From Octopus vulgaris (Eukaryota): DNA of 64,000 nucleotides. The notes beneath the pieces are model-generated. The model saw only the letters and a list, made by a program, of their open reading frames with translations. It ran no database searches and was not told the origin of the DNA. Below, one piece after another: positions 39,767 through 52,663 of the stretch (position 1 is its first letter; the number at the start of each line of letters is the position of its first letter). The DNA lies in NCBI GenBank assembly GCA_951406725.2, contig OX597820.1, positions 107,260,001-107,324,000 of the forward strand, given 5' to 3'. Made by a program: the position numbers and the translations under genes.

Positions 39767-40944
39767 ACAAAATGTTTTCTTGTTTCTGTGAACTTTTCAA
39801 TCAAAAGGATAAGAAGAGCAACAAAAATTTTTTAAAATTAAAACAATCGTAACATTTTTCCATTGCTTAAATTTTATGATAAATGGCAAAATATATCTGC
39901 GTTACATCTAATTTGTTCTATACAAATACCCCACTTTAGTTGAGTGCTATCAGTTCACACGGCGCTGTACTGATGAATACGTTATAACTGTATGACGACA
40001 ACTGGCGGTGGACTGAATCGATGAATATATCAGAAATGACAATGAATAAAATGATTGCATATTAAACGAATGAATACGAAAGCCAAATTAGACAGATGCA
40101 GCGAAAGAGGAAAGCAATGAATATCTTTGCAAAACCGAATGCGGTTATACTGGTTAATCAATCAAATTTCCAATCAACTATGAATACGACGCTGTGCGGC
40201 GACGTTTTTCAAATTCTCTGTCATAGTTTGCCAGTTGAAATGAGCAACCTTCAATCTTGCTAAAAAAGAAAAAAAGTTATAAAGAAAGTCTTTAATTTCG
40301 ATGTCGTTATTTCTTTTGTATACTTTCATCAACTGGACATAATATAAATATGGATTGAAATGATGGTGATAGTACTAGAATAGCTTTGAGGATGATGATG
40401 ATGATGGTGGTGGTTGTGGTGATGGGTATGGTGATAGTGATAATGATGATTATGATAATGGTGGTTGTGATGATGACCATGATGATTGTGGTAATGTGAT
40501 GATGATGGTGGTGGTGGTAATGATGATGATGATGAGATTTGAGAATGCTGAAAAAGTGTGTTGGAAGAGAAAGTGGTTAAATTAGTTATAAGATGACGCT
40601 TAATAATTCACTCCAAATAATGTAAGTCTTACAGTGAAGAATAACGGAGCACATTCATGTTTGATTAAATATCCCACTGCATTCTTTTGATCAAATCCTT
40701 CCAAATCTGAGGGTTTCATTTTGCTTTTCATTCTTCCATGTCAATAAAATAAATACCAGTGATATACTTGGTGAGGTCAATCTGCTCCACCCTCCACCCT
40801 CTCACTCATAAAGTGTTTGAGTATTTAAGGTGCTGGTGACAGTATTTTTCTTTATGCTTGGTTTGAACTCTTGCAAATTATTGGTTGGGCGAAAAATATG
40901 AACAAAAAGCAAATTCCAGGGAGATGAGATTTTGAAAATGAATG

Positions 40945-41105
40945 TACTAGCGTGTGTGTGTGGGGGGGGAGGGGGGCGTTAGGGGCAGTTCGACCCTGGC
41001 GGCACTTTTAGGTCTGCTGTAGGCAATGTGGTTTTTTTTTGTGGAGTCCGGGGGCGGCAAACGGGAGGGCCGTCCCGGGTGGCAGACACTCTAGCTACGC
41101 TAGTG
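40945..41105. mobile_element. small GC-rich hAT-like MITE, diverged
   Basis: Ends tactagcgt / acgctagtg; flanks aatgaatg / aatgacag (6 of 8 match). Confidence 0.45.
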
Positions 41106-41739
41106 AATGACAGAGAAGCTATTACGTTAAGGTTGGAGATGAGGGATAAACAAGCGACAAATGCACGTTGGCATAGGCGTTTTCGTAACGGCACCGTTGA
41201 TAAGAACCGAACCTTTAATGCTATAAACAGTAGTTCATTACTATCGACTCGGCAGTACCCATAACTCTAATATAGGGATAGAGTTGGTTGGATCAACTCC
41301 AGAACTGGCACTTTGTCTTGGAAGAGACGAGAAAGTAAAGTGAGGACGGATCACAAAATGAAGAAGAGAGAAACTAAAAGTTGTAATACTTTTAGTTCAC
41401 TCAACAATCTCCCTTTCTGCCAATCCAGCCGTTGGCTGCGCACACGTTACAATCTTCTCTTGGTGCCAGACCTACAATCTAGTCGCAGACATTAATCTCT
41501 TGCGCACACGTCACAATCTATTCTTGCAGTCAGTCCAATAGTCTAAATACAGACGTTAAGTGCGCGCGCGAATGAGAGAGAGAGATGTCATATAAATATA
41601 ACAACTGAAGCAAAACTACTACTAGACAGTTCGTTACCATTTTTTCTCTTTGATTGTATTTATGGTTATATATGTGTGTAAATGATAGAAAGGCATATGT
41701 ATGTATGTGTACATTTTTATCTTTTAATTACATGGGTGT

Positions 41740-42555
41740 TTAGGACGTTACATATACACTGAAACATCTACATCAGTTGATACATTGATATTGAGAAAAC
41801 TACTTCACTGCTACATACACAGTGAGAAAGGTACATCAATGTTACATGTGTACTAAGTAACATCGAAGCTACATGTATACAGATGAAGCTACAACCGTGC
41901 TTCGTTTGTCCTGAGGAACTTACACCAGTGCAATATATGCATACTGGGAGAGCTACACTAATGCAACATGTGTATTGAGGAAGCTACACTGGTGCTACAT
42001 GAGAAGTGCAATTTACATGTGCAGTGGGGAGCAACATTGGTGTTACATACATGTTGAGGAAACATCAATACTACATGCATACCCAAGATGTTCAATCAGG
42101 GTTACATTAAGTTGTTACGTTACTACACATATAGAGATGATGCTACATCAATGTTACACGTGCACTTAGAAAGTTACACTGATGCTACGTGTACTAACGA
42201 CGCTACATTAGTGCTGCATATGCACTGCAGAAATTACATCGATGCTACATGTGAGCCGATGGAGTTACATCGATGCTACACATGTACAAACGAAGCTATG
42301 CATACTGAGATGCTACATCAGGGCTACATGCATGCTATGGAAGCTATATCAGTCTTACATATATATTCACAATGTTACATGTGTAATGAAGAATCTAAAC
42401 CAGTGTCACATGTGTATTGAAGAAGTTATATCGGTACCACATGCATAGTGAACAAAGCTACATCAGTGCGACATGTGCGTTGAGAATAGTACATTAGTGC
42501 TACATATGTACTACACACAGAAGAATTTTTCATTGGCACTACATGTGTACTGAGG
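41740..42555. repeat. degenerate minisatellite, about 30-bp unit, roughly 25 copies
   Basis: Consensus near gaagctacatcagtgctacatgtgtactga, with two gctacat subrepeats per unit. Confidence 0.8.
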
Positions 42556-43252
42556 TAGAGTTGACTATGGCTACAAAAAATCACTCCCATCTATTAACAC
42601 ATTTCACTTAAACCAAGGCAGATGCCTCCATGTGCTCACCAGAACTGCCAAACGCCCTAGAAAAGGATGTGCATATTGTAGTCCTGCATTCTTTACACAT
42701 AGGAAAAAGATGGGATGGTCATAGATAGAGAGGCTTTGATCTTAGCTAACTTGGAGTTTAACAATCTTTTATTCCAGTGAAACCCATCCCCTCTGGAATT
42801 TACTTTCTACTGTCTCTACACAGGTGTTTGACCTGCTAGAAAGAACTCTTCTAAGAAAAGGAGACAACAGAGGACATAATCTTACACTAAAAAGAAAAGA
42901 TGGTCACTGCTGTCTTTGATCACATATTTACTCAATCAAGTTTATCCTCGGATTAAACAACAACTCTGGAATCTTCCCTCAATTGAGATCTTCTCTATAG
43001 GTGTGGAGTAGCAACAGTCTAAATTAAAGACATCAATATTACTGCTCTTGGAAGGCCTGCAAAAACCAAGGGCACTGCCCCTTCTTCCAGACCCACCAAG
43101 TAAGAAGAATAAGTAAACTGAAAATTAAAAAAAGTACATAAAGGTTATGGGTATTGCCCCATACTCCAGGCCCAGCAAGTTAAAAATAAAAGAAATTAAT
43201 TGAAAATAAAAAAAAATTAATATTTTTAATCTTTCATATTCCACTCGTTGCA

Positions 43253-43288
<36 letters not shown>

Positions 43289-43296
43289 CACACACA

Positions 43297-44114
43297 TGTG
43301 GTCTGATCAATAAGTACCCAGACTGTTGCCATAGTAACTAAGCTAAAGCACACAGAGTGAAGCTGCTTGGCACAGATTGACCTTGAACTCTGTTGTGCAT
43401 GCGCACTAAGTTTTACCATTCTAGCTCACTTCCACTGTTTACAGCAGTGCTTGGAAGGAACGAGTGTGTGACCATGACAGAGCAAGTTGAGCAGAGAATC
43501 TGCATCAAATTTTGCCAAAAGCCTGATGATACCTGCTCAGAGGCCTAGGCAAAGTTTTCAAAAAGTTTTCATCGTTCTCGACAAAATCAAGTAGATCTTG
43601 TGCAACTGAAACCCCCATATCCTTTTGGTCAGCTGAAAGCAGTTTTGGCACAAATTTGGCAGACACGCATCTCATGTCCAAATCTTCAGTGATAAAGGGC
43701 TGAACTCAACTGTAACTAATCTTGCTCATCCTCTGATAACTCACAGATGGTCATTTGAAGGTTTTCCCCTCACAGCTGCACACACATCTGTAATGTCTTT
43801 TCTCAGTTCTGCTGGTTGCACGTCTCCCAGAACATTTTTCAATATCAACATTTTTTTGGCCATCTTGGAAATGTCTGAACAATTCATACACTTGTATGCG
43901 GCTCATACACTCCTCTCTATACACTTTCTGCAACTTTGTGTAGGCCTCTGAGCAGGTATCGTCATGACAACTTTCTCTGTCATGGCCAATGCGATGATCA
44001 CACTCTACACACCTTCCTTCCAAGCACTACTGTAATCAGAAGAAGTGAGCTAGAACTCTGCATGCTTTAGCTTTGTTACTATGGCAAGTCCGGATACTTA
44101 TTGATCAGACCTCA
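43297..44114. mobile_element. mariner-derived foldback made of two inverted 5' ends
   Basis: TIR tg.ggtctgatcaataagta at both ends, TA on the right flank. Transposase N-terminus on both strands (+: MTEQVEQRICIKFCQK; -: AYTKLQKVYREECMSRIQVYELFRHFQDGQKNVDIEKCSGR). Confidence 0.85.
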
Positions 44115-45597
44115 TATATTAATACATGTCAGTGACATGCAGAAGCACCTGTGCTGGTGACACATTAAAGGCACCCACTGCACTCTTGGAATGGTTGGCA
44201 TTAGGAAGGGCATCCAGTCATAAAAACCAAGTCAAAATCAGACTAGCACATAGTACTGCTCTCCAGCTAACCAGTTCCAGTCAAACTGTAATCTATGCCA
44301 GCATGGAAAGCGCCGCTTTCCATGCTGGCATGGGTTGGACGGTTTGATTGAGCACTGGTGAGCCAGAAGGCTGCACCAGGCTCAATCTGGTCTGGCAAAG
44401 TTTCTATAGCTGGATGCCCTTCCTAACACCAACCACTCTGAGAGTGTAGTGGATGCTTTTACTAGGGCCAGTCAGGCGGTTCTGGCAATGACCACGCTCA
44501 AAAGGTGTTTTTTATGTGCTTCCTGTATGGGAGCCAGCCCAGCGACACTGGCAACAACCAGTCTCGAATGTTATTTCTCATGTGCCAGTAAGGCGACGCT
44601 GGCAATGATCACACTCAAATGGTGCTTTTTATGTTCCACTGGCACGGGAGCCAATCTGTGGCCCTGACAACAATCACGCTCGGATGTGCTTTTAACATTC
44701 CATTGGCAAGAGTGTCAATCAGGCGGTACTGTCATCGGCCACGCCATTGATTTTGATTTGATTTCACTTGCCTCAATAGGTCTTCAGAAGCAAAGTTTAT
44801 TGTCCAATGAATGAGGGGTACTCATAAGTGGGCTGGTTACACCCACTGGCATAGGCCACGGGCTATGGTCTCACTTGGCTTGTCACGTCTTCTCAAACAC
44901 AGCATATCTCCAAATGGTCACTAGTTATTGCCTAGGTAAGGTCCAATGTTTCAAAGTCATGCTTCACCACCTCATCCCAGGTCTTCTTGAGTCAACCTCT
45001 TCCACAGGTTCCCTCAACTGCTAGGGTGTGACACTTTTTCACACAGCTGAGAGAGAGTTTCTGTTTACCAAATCCACTCACATAGCATCAGTCAGACTGG
45101 GGCTACAGTAGAAAACATTTGCCCAATACGGTTTTGGGACTGAACCCAAAACCATATTGCTGGGAAGCAAACTTCTTACCACATAGCCACACCTGTACCT
45201 ATATTAATATTAAAGAAACAAACAAAAGAAAAGGAATGGGCACTGGTCTTTTCTTCAGACCCAGTAAGTAAAAAAATAAATAAATAAAAATGATTTTAAA
45301 ATTATACAAAAAACAAAAATTACAACACTCGTCCATTTCTAGTTTTCGGATTTAACCCTTTAACATTCAGATTACTCTGCCAAATGCATTGTTTTGAATT
45401 AATCATGCATTATTTCATAACTTCTGAGATTTCAATGATGTGATTGTTTAGTTTTTTGAAATGACATTGCTGAGGTCAGTATGAAAGGTCAGACCTGGCC
45501 AGTTTGAGCATAAAACAAGGTAGAATATCAGGTTAAGAAAATAATAAACAAATAAATAAAAATTTGCATTTTCAAGTTTTTTTTAGGTAAAAAAGGC

Positions 45598-45603
45598 TTT
45601 ATT
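45598..45603 (-). promoter_or_regulatory. candidate polyadenylation signal of POLR3A
   Basis: AATAAA on the minus strand about 37 nt after the stop codon, followed by T-rich sequence. The hexamer is common in AT-rich DNA. Confidence 0.5.
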
Positions 45604-45639
45604 AAAAAACAGAAAATAATTATTCTACAAGTTTGTGTG

Positions 45640-45721
45640 TCACAACTGTGACTCTGGGGTGTGTAGTTCTTCCAGATCAAACACAAGGGCTCGGTTGATA
45701 GGGGTAGGTGGATGGCTGGCT
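45640..45721 (-). CDS. POLR3A: RPC1 terminal coding exon, spliced at an AC acceptor
   Basis: tctccttaactgattccac|A GCC ... TTG TGA. Encodes (R)ASHPPTPINRALVFDLEELHTPESQL*, aligning with the recalled human end [26 protein letters not shown]. In frame only with the AC acceptor. Confidence 0.9.
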
Positions 45722-46686
45722 GTGGAATCAGTTAAGGAGAAAAACATAACTTTTTAGAAACAGCATCTGTAATGTCATTAGAGGGATTTAATTAAGGAGT
45801 GGAGTATAGTTGGTATGTTATCTACAGTATCGTTAGAGGAAGATTTAGTCAATGGGAGAAGTGTGGTTGGGGTTATGCTTGCAGTGTCATTAGACAGGGT
45901 TTAGTGCAGTTAAGTGTTTCCAATGTTACTATAGTTCTTTACTTCAGTTTGTCAGAGTACTTGCTTTACTGATGGAGTGGCTGGCTACGTGCAGTGTTGT
46001 CTGCAATGTTGCTATGGTTTATAGTTCAGTGATTGTATGTTGTAGGGTGGTGGTAAAAATTTACAATGGCAAAAACATTGGTGAAGCAGAGTTGAGATTT
46101 TATAGAGTTCACCTAACATGGTGAATGAGTTGACTGAACAAAACACGGGACTAATTGCCAAAGAGGTAAGTTTGAATAGAGTCACTGATTCTGTGATGTA
46201 CCCACAGCAAAGTCACTTAATTTTTGCTGAAAATGATTATCAGATTTAGCTAACAGCTTCTAGCTGTTAGTAGTGACAGCACACTATTATAATGGATAAG
46301 TCAGAGTTCTCTTAAAGCTTGCACCATTAGGAAAGTGTTTACACTACAATTCTGTTCCAATAAATTTTAACACTTTTGTAACAAAGTGAATTCTTTATAA
46401 ATGAATAAGTTAGGCTTTTTGACAATGATGGTGCATATCTGGTTGTAACTCATGATTCCATTAGAAATAAAAGGAACTGTATTTAAGTTGAGGTACTCAA
46501 TATATCAAGTGGAGGGGTGTATTACTTTATATAATGAGTGACTCTTGCAAGACTAGTACCTCTGTACTCCTGGGGTAGTCATCAAATAAAGTCTATAGGA
46601 CAACAGAATTAGTCCTGTAAGAGTCATATATATATAGATATTACTTGTTTCAGTCATTTGACTGTGGCCATGCAGGAATACATACT

Positions 46687-46719
<33 letters not shown>

Positions 46720-47324
46720 CTAGCTGAAGGTGACCCGCTCTACGCGCGGGTAAGAGTATGGTTGTTACTTTCTGTTGCTTCCTTTCAGTACCTAAAAAGC
46801 ACCATCCGAACGTGGCGGATTGCAGCGCTGCCTTGACTGGCTTCTGTGCTGGTGGCACGTAAAAAGCACCAACCGATCGTGGCCGCTGCCAGCCCCCCTG
46901 GCACCTGTGCCGGCGGCACGAAAAAGCACCCACTACGCTCACAGAGTGATTGGCGTTAGGAAGGGCATCCACCTGTAGAAACACTGCCAGATCAGACTGG
47001 AGCCTCGTGCAGCCTCCTGGCTTCCCAGACCCCTGTCAAACTGTCCAACCCGTGCTAGCACGGAAAACGGACGTTAAACGATGATGATTCTCCCTCTTTG
47101 TTTCTCTCTCCTTTCTCTCTCACTCTCTTACTCTTCTTTTCTCTCGGACTCTCCCTCGCTTTCTCTTACTCTCTATCTTTATCTATCTCTCTCCCATTTA
47201 TAAACAACAAAAGATCTTGAGTAACTTGAGAAATAAAATATTTAGAAAGATCAATCATAAATATCAGTTAATATATATATGTATATATATATGTATATAT
47301 ATATATATAGTTAATATATATATG

Positions 47325-47371
<47 letters not shown>

Positions 47372-47415
47372 GTATATATATATATAGTTAATATATATAT
47401 GTATATATATATATG

Positions 47416-47463
<48 letters not shown>

Positions 47464-48623
47464 GTTAATATATATATATAGATATACTACCTAAAGGTGA
47501 CCCCCTCTATGCGCGGGTAAGAGTGTGGTTGTTACTTTCTTTTGCTTCCTTTCAGCACGTAAAACGCACCATCCGAACGTGGCCGATGGCAGCGCTGCCT
47601 TGACTGGCTTCTGTACTGGTGGCACGTAAAAAGCACCAACTGATCATGGCCGCTACCATCCCCCGGCGGCACGAAAAAAGCACCCACCACACTCACAGAG
47701 TGGTTGGTGTTAGGAAGGGCATCCAGCTGTAGAAACACTGCCAGATCAGACTGGAGCCTGGTGCAGCCTCCTGGTTTCCAAGACCTAGCACGGAAAACGG
47801 ACATTAAACAATGATGATGATGATTCTCCCTCTCTGTTTCTCTCTCACTTTCCCACTCTCTTACTTTTCTTTTCTCTCGGACTCTCCCTTGCTTTCTCTT
47901 ACTCTCTATCTTTATCTATCTCTCTCCCATTTATAAACAACAAAAGATCTTGAGTAAGTTGAGAAATAAAATATTTTGAAAGATCAATCATAAATATCAG
48001 GCAGTGACAACGGAAAGGTCTGCTTCAAGGCAGACAGCAAAACACTAACATTTAAAAGGGACAGACGAACTTGCGAGCTGAATAAAAATAATAAAATATT
48101 GGAAACCAAAGTTTGAAGGGATAGAATTTGAGGATAGTAGAGTCACCATGGCTGGCATTTCTTAACGACGGACAGCAACGTAGTGGCAGTTTAACGGCTG
48201 GCGTAAAATTTTGAACTTGATGTAAAAGAAAATCCCTAAAAACCAAGTTTTGAATTGATTCTTTCTCACGACAGTAGACTCACGATGGCAAGCATTCAAA
48301 ACTTCATCATGGATGGCAATACATTGACGATTAAAAGGCTGGCGCAAATTTTTTAGCTTGATGTAACAGAGAATTCCTAAACACCCGCTCCTTGAAATTT
48401 TAATCCCCTTCCAGCCCCATTTAGACCCCTTTTCACATTTTGGTTAATATAACCCGATTTCATTCGGGTCTACTGGGGCCACATTTTATAAGATGAGGAA
48501 TTTTGTCCTAGAGGTCACGCCTTTCATTTGAGGAAAAAAATAGATGTCATGCAAACTTGCCAGCACTTTTAACATAGGTGTGCATATTTTCAGCTGAATC
48601 GACCGACTACGTAATGCACACAT

Positions 48624-48630
<7 letters not shown>
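46720..48630 (-). mobile_element. non-autonomous Helitron-like element with tandemly duplicated 3' part, inside the U12 intron
   Basis: Minus-strand 3' end acccgcgcgtagagcgggt (hairpin) ... cagCTAG|T at about 46752-46719. Block 46720-47268 recurs at about 47487-48000 after a TA-rich spacer; each block carries an (ATG)n-tailed repeat. Confidence 0.65.
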
Positions 48631-48654
<24 letters not shown>

Positions 48655-49419
48655 GTGTGTGTGCATGCATTATATATACAAATGTATACAAATGAGATAT
48701 ATATCTGTATAAATTAAATTAGAGATAAAACCACTAATAGGCAAATCAAACAGTGAAAAACCAAAAACAAAAACATTAAAAAAAATATAATATAGAAAAT
48801 ATAGAAAATATAAAATTGAAAAATTTAAATTATTAAAATTGAGAATAAAAATTATATTTATAATTTGTTTAAAAATATACATAAATGCAGATATATACAC
48901 TTTGTATATATACATTATATATACATATTTATATATAGAACACACACACACAGCGCGGAAAACGGACGTTAAACGATGATGATGATGATGATTTATATAT
49001 AGAACACACACACACATAAATGAACGCAAGAATATCTGATTCATAATATTTGTTCTCATGCTCGTATGTTGTTGGTGACAGACAGATACATAAAAGAACG
49101 CTGACGTGATGGAAAGGTAGGAAACAGAGTGAGTGAAAAAGAGAGGAAATAGCGAGATTGATTTTTGGAAGACAGATACTTTAAATAACGGTAGTGGATT
49201 TGTCAAAGTTATAAATGATGGTGAGTGAGAGGGTAATGGAGGAAATAGCGTGAGTGAGGAAGATGGCCCCTAGCAACCACACCTTTTAAGATAGGGATTT
49301 CTAAGGTAGCCCACGGGCATTGTCACCTCATTCTACATGTCCCTGTAAATTTTGGAGCGAATCGGATGGGATGTAGTGGCATTGAAAGCGATCCAAGCGG
49401 TAAAAACGCATTTCAGTTT

Positions 49420-49461
<42 letters not shown>

Positions 49462-50388
49462 AGACAGACAGATAAATCAAAAGTTTCATTCAAACTCCTT
49501 GGTACTACAAGTTTCAAGCGTGATGCTAATCATCAGCCACTGGACATTTGAATGGAGAAAGACAATATTTATTACTGGACAGTGGCCTGCGATTAGTCAA
49601 GAAAGGTTATGTGATGCCACAGCTTGATGTTGGTAATTCAGCAACAACAATCACTTGGAAAATACCGCACGGTGAACAGGAAATCAACTGCATGGTGGAC
49701 AATAAATTGGTTGCATGGTTGGGGAAAAAGTAGGAAGAGGTAGTAGATGTGCAAGTATATATATATGTGTGTGTATGGGCTTATGTATCTGGGGTACAAT
49801 CATACACTCACATACACACACATGTGCATGGTATTCCTTTATATATGCATATGAGTGTGCATGCACATTTATAAGTGTATGAATATATACATGAACACGC
49901 ACATGTGTGCACACATACAGATGCACATATGTAAATGTGTGTATGTATGTATATATTTATATATACTAATGATCTTTGGGAGCAGCATTATGCTGGTAAT
50001 AATAAACAGATGCACTAGTTCAGTCCTTTATTGTTATTGTTAGTTAATGGGTTAGCTACTCTGTTAACCAATTTATCGATTAGTTGCTTTTTTTACTAGT
50101 TTTTCAAACTCATATGTTAAACACTTTGTTAGTGTTGTTCCAACATTGGGATTCGTCCGAGATGAATCTGTGAGTGTATGTATGTCTGCGTGTGCATCCA
50201 TATGCGTATGTGTGTGCTTTTTAAATACTGACTATGTCATTTTTCTTATACATATGATAGCGGTTTTGGTTTTCTCTTTGTTTTCTTCACAAACGCACAT
50301 GTTCATCCATATAACATTTCTCTCAAAAACAGTTAAACCATCTTCGTTTGATAAATGTTGAATAAATCGATATCTATCTGTGCATGAG

Positions 50389-51024
50389 CACAGTAAAGAT
50401 TTTAGAAATTTTTACTACCAGTGGTCTAGCGTATAGAACACATTAAGAGGACTCCCTTATGCTAGAACGAACAGCTAAAGTTCAAACCACTAATTAGGGA
50501 TAAATTCTCAAAGGGAATGAAAAATAAAAACATTTACCATCTATTTCCTGGACCATGGTTTCTGACTTTTTTTAGCAAATAAAATAATATATAGTCTATT
50601 GACTAATTTTTCTATATGCTAGGCCACTGGTAGTAAAAGTTGCTAAAATCTTTATTACTGTGATATTATTAATTATGTATAATGATTTCTGGAAAATTCG
50701 TTCGAAGAAATTGCCAACATTTTTTTGCCGCCAACAATAAACTGCACTTACGCGGTGGATTTAAAAAGTTAAAATGTATAAGCAAGAGGCACATGATGGA
50801 TTGGCCTTGTGTTTATATGTTTAATATTGGCGTACCTGTTGATGAAGACGTTGCCTGGCAAATTATTTTACTTGCTAAAAAAGGTAAGAAACCAATGTCC
50901 AGGAAATAGATGGTAAATGTTTTTATTTTTCATTCCCTTTGAGAATTTATCCCTAATTAGCGGTTTGGACTTTAGCTGTTCCTTCTAGCGAAATGGAGCC
51001 CTATAATGGATACCTCTTAATGTG
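50389..51024. repeat. interleaved inverted repeats (A-B-A'-B'), probably a foldback transposon remnant
   Basis: A about 50389-50438 pairs with A' about 50610-50661; B about 50439-50588 pairs with B' about 50862-51024 (ends cacattaagagg / cctcttaatgtg). Confidence 0.75.
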
Positions 51025-51186
51025 TTTAAATGTACACTGTATTATTTATATATATAGGTATATAAATGTGAGTGTGTACAGAGTGACAAACATATAAATA
51101 GAAAGACAGATATACATTTCACACTTTGTATGCAATATTTGTATCTTTCCTTCTTACACAAGTCCACCGTTCCACTTACGCACACG

Positions 51187-51222
<36 letters not shown>

Positions 51223-51413
51223 AAAGAATTCATATATATATATATATATATGCCCTAATTCTTTTATATCCAAGATTTTCACTCTTTCAAATACATTCTA
51301 AAGTGTGATGCATTACCTACAACCTCCCTGTCTTACACACACACACACAAACAAACACACTGCAAAATCAAAGACATGCCCAATTGATGTAATTCAAATA
51401 ATCAAAAGGATAT

Positions 51414-51483
51414 CTGTAAAGTAGTTTAAATATTCCAGTTCCAATACTCATCGGGATTCCCATAATGATACATTCACTGACTC
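51414..51483 (-). CDS. POLR3A: RPC1 penultimate coding exon, ending at a U12-type AT donor
   Basis: gttacag|GA ... TAC AG|atatcctttt. 70 nt encode (G)[22 protein letters not shown](R). Confidence 0.95.
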
Positions 51484-52214
51484 CTGTAACGACAAGAAGC
51501 TACATTATATACATTATACAGACATCTTTGGCAAGGCACAACACTGAACACACACCAGCTGCATGCAGAGACATATTGTAGCACTAAAAGGAAAAAACTC
51601 ACCCTTCTCTTGTTGTCAATACAACAACTAAAACACAAAGGAATAAAGGACTAACTGCAATCAACCCAGTATGCACAACAACTACTACCAACATCATCAT
51701 TTCTACTATTACTATCACCACTACCATCCCCACCACTGCCGCTACCAGCTAGAAATAGCAGCTAAATCTCCTTCAATTCACAGTACTAGCTTAAAAAGAA
51801 AGAATGCGTTAGATAGTGTTGTCAAAGGTATGTGATACTTGAAAGCTAAATAGCAAATAACATTGTCAAGCCAGAGATTAGTTGCCTGACTCGCTTAATA
51901 TAGCAACCAATCAACAAACCTTTCAAACCTCTCTTCAATTTTGGGGGAAGTGAATGGGCAATAATTACTTCAAGTCCTAAAACTTCAAATGAAATATCTT
52001 TCTATGATTGAAATGATAATTATCCTGCTGAAATTTACTACCTTTATTGCAATTAATTTTGAAAATAGGCCTTTAACTATTCCCAGCACTGTGCTGAATG
52101 TGACAAAAAGTCTCCTGTTAATTTCAGGATGAGGTTTAAATGTGATTAATTAAAGGCTTGTAGTTGTGTAGGTCTCTAGTATGTCAGGTTTGAAAAAAAA
52201 AGGCAAGATCTAAC

Positions 52215-52278
52215 CTGTTATGGCATCTTTTTGTCCATGGAAAGCTGCTTCAAATAGATGATCAGCAGTTTTTTCAAA
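52215..52278 (-). CDS. POLR3A: RPC1 internal exon (not in ORF track)
   Basis: ttttctag|TTT ... ACA G|gttaga. 64 nt encode FEKTADHLFEAAFHGQKDAIT(G). Confidence 0.96.
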
Positions 52279-52584
52279 CTAGAAAAGAACAAAAACAAAC
52301 TGAAAGTTATTGTTTCATAAACACACACACACACACAACTGAAAAATTTACATTTTGTTTGTTTATAAAGCTTCCAGCAAAAGGAAGGTGATCTGGAAAC
52401 AATTATGTTGAAATTTGCTTTAGCTTGATCTCAGGTCTCAGGAGAGGAAAATGAGTACTTATGACATTCATGTTTGTGTAACAGAATTAACAATGAGAAT
52501 AAACAGCTTTCTGAATCAAAAATTTGTGGCAAACCTGGTTTACCATGAACTTCATTCCACTCAACAAAAAAGAACAGGTTGTTG

Positions 52585-52663
<79 letters not shown>

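Larger units (their letters stand above)
45722..51413 (-). other. U12-type (minor spliceosome) AT-AC intron, 5692 nt, last intron of POLR3A
   Basis: 5' site /ATATCCTTTT at 51413-51404; branch site TCCTTAAC at 45738-45731; AC/ at 45723-45722, about 10 nt after the branch A. Phase 2 joins homologous coding sequence. Confidence 0.92.

Noticed and set aside
48670-49206. 178-aa ORF within the last POLR3A intron
   Set aside because: Microsatellite and AT-rich sequence with no RPC1 similarity; the true terminal exon is at 45721-45640.
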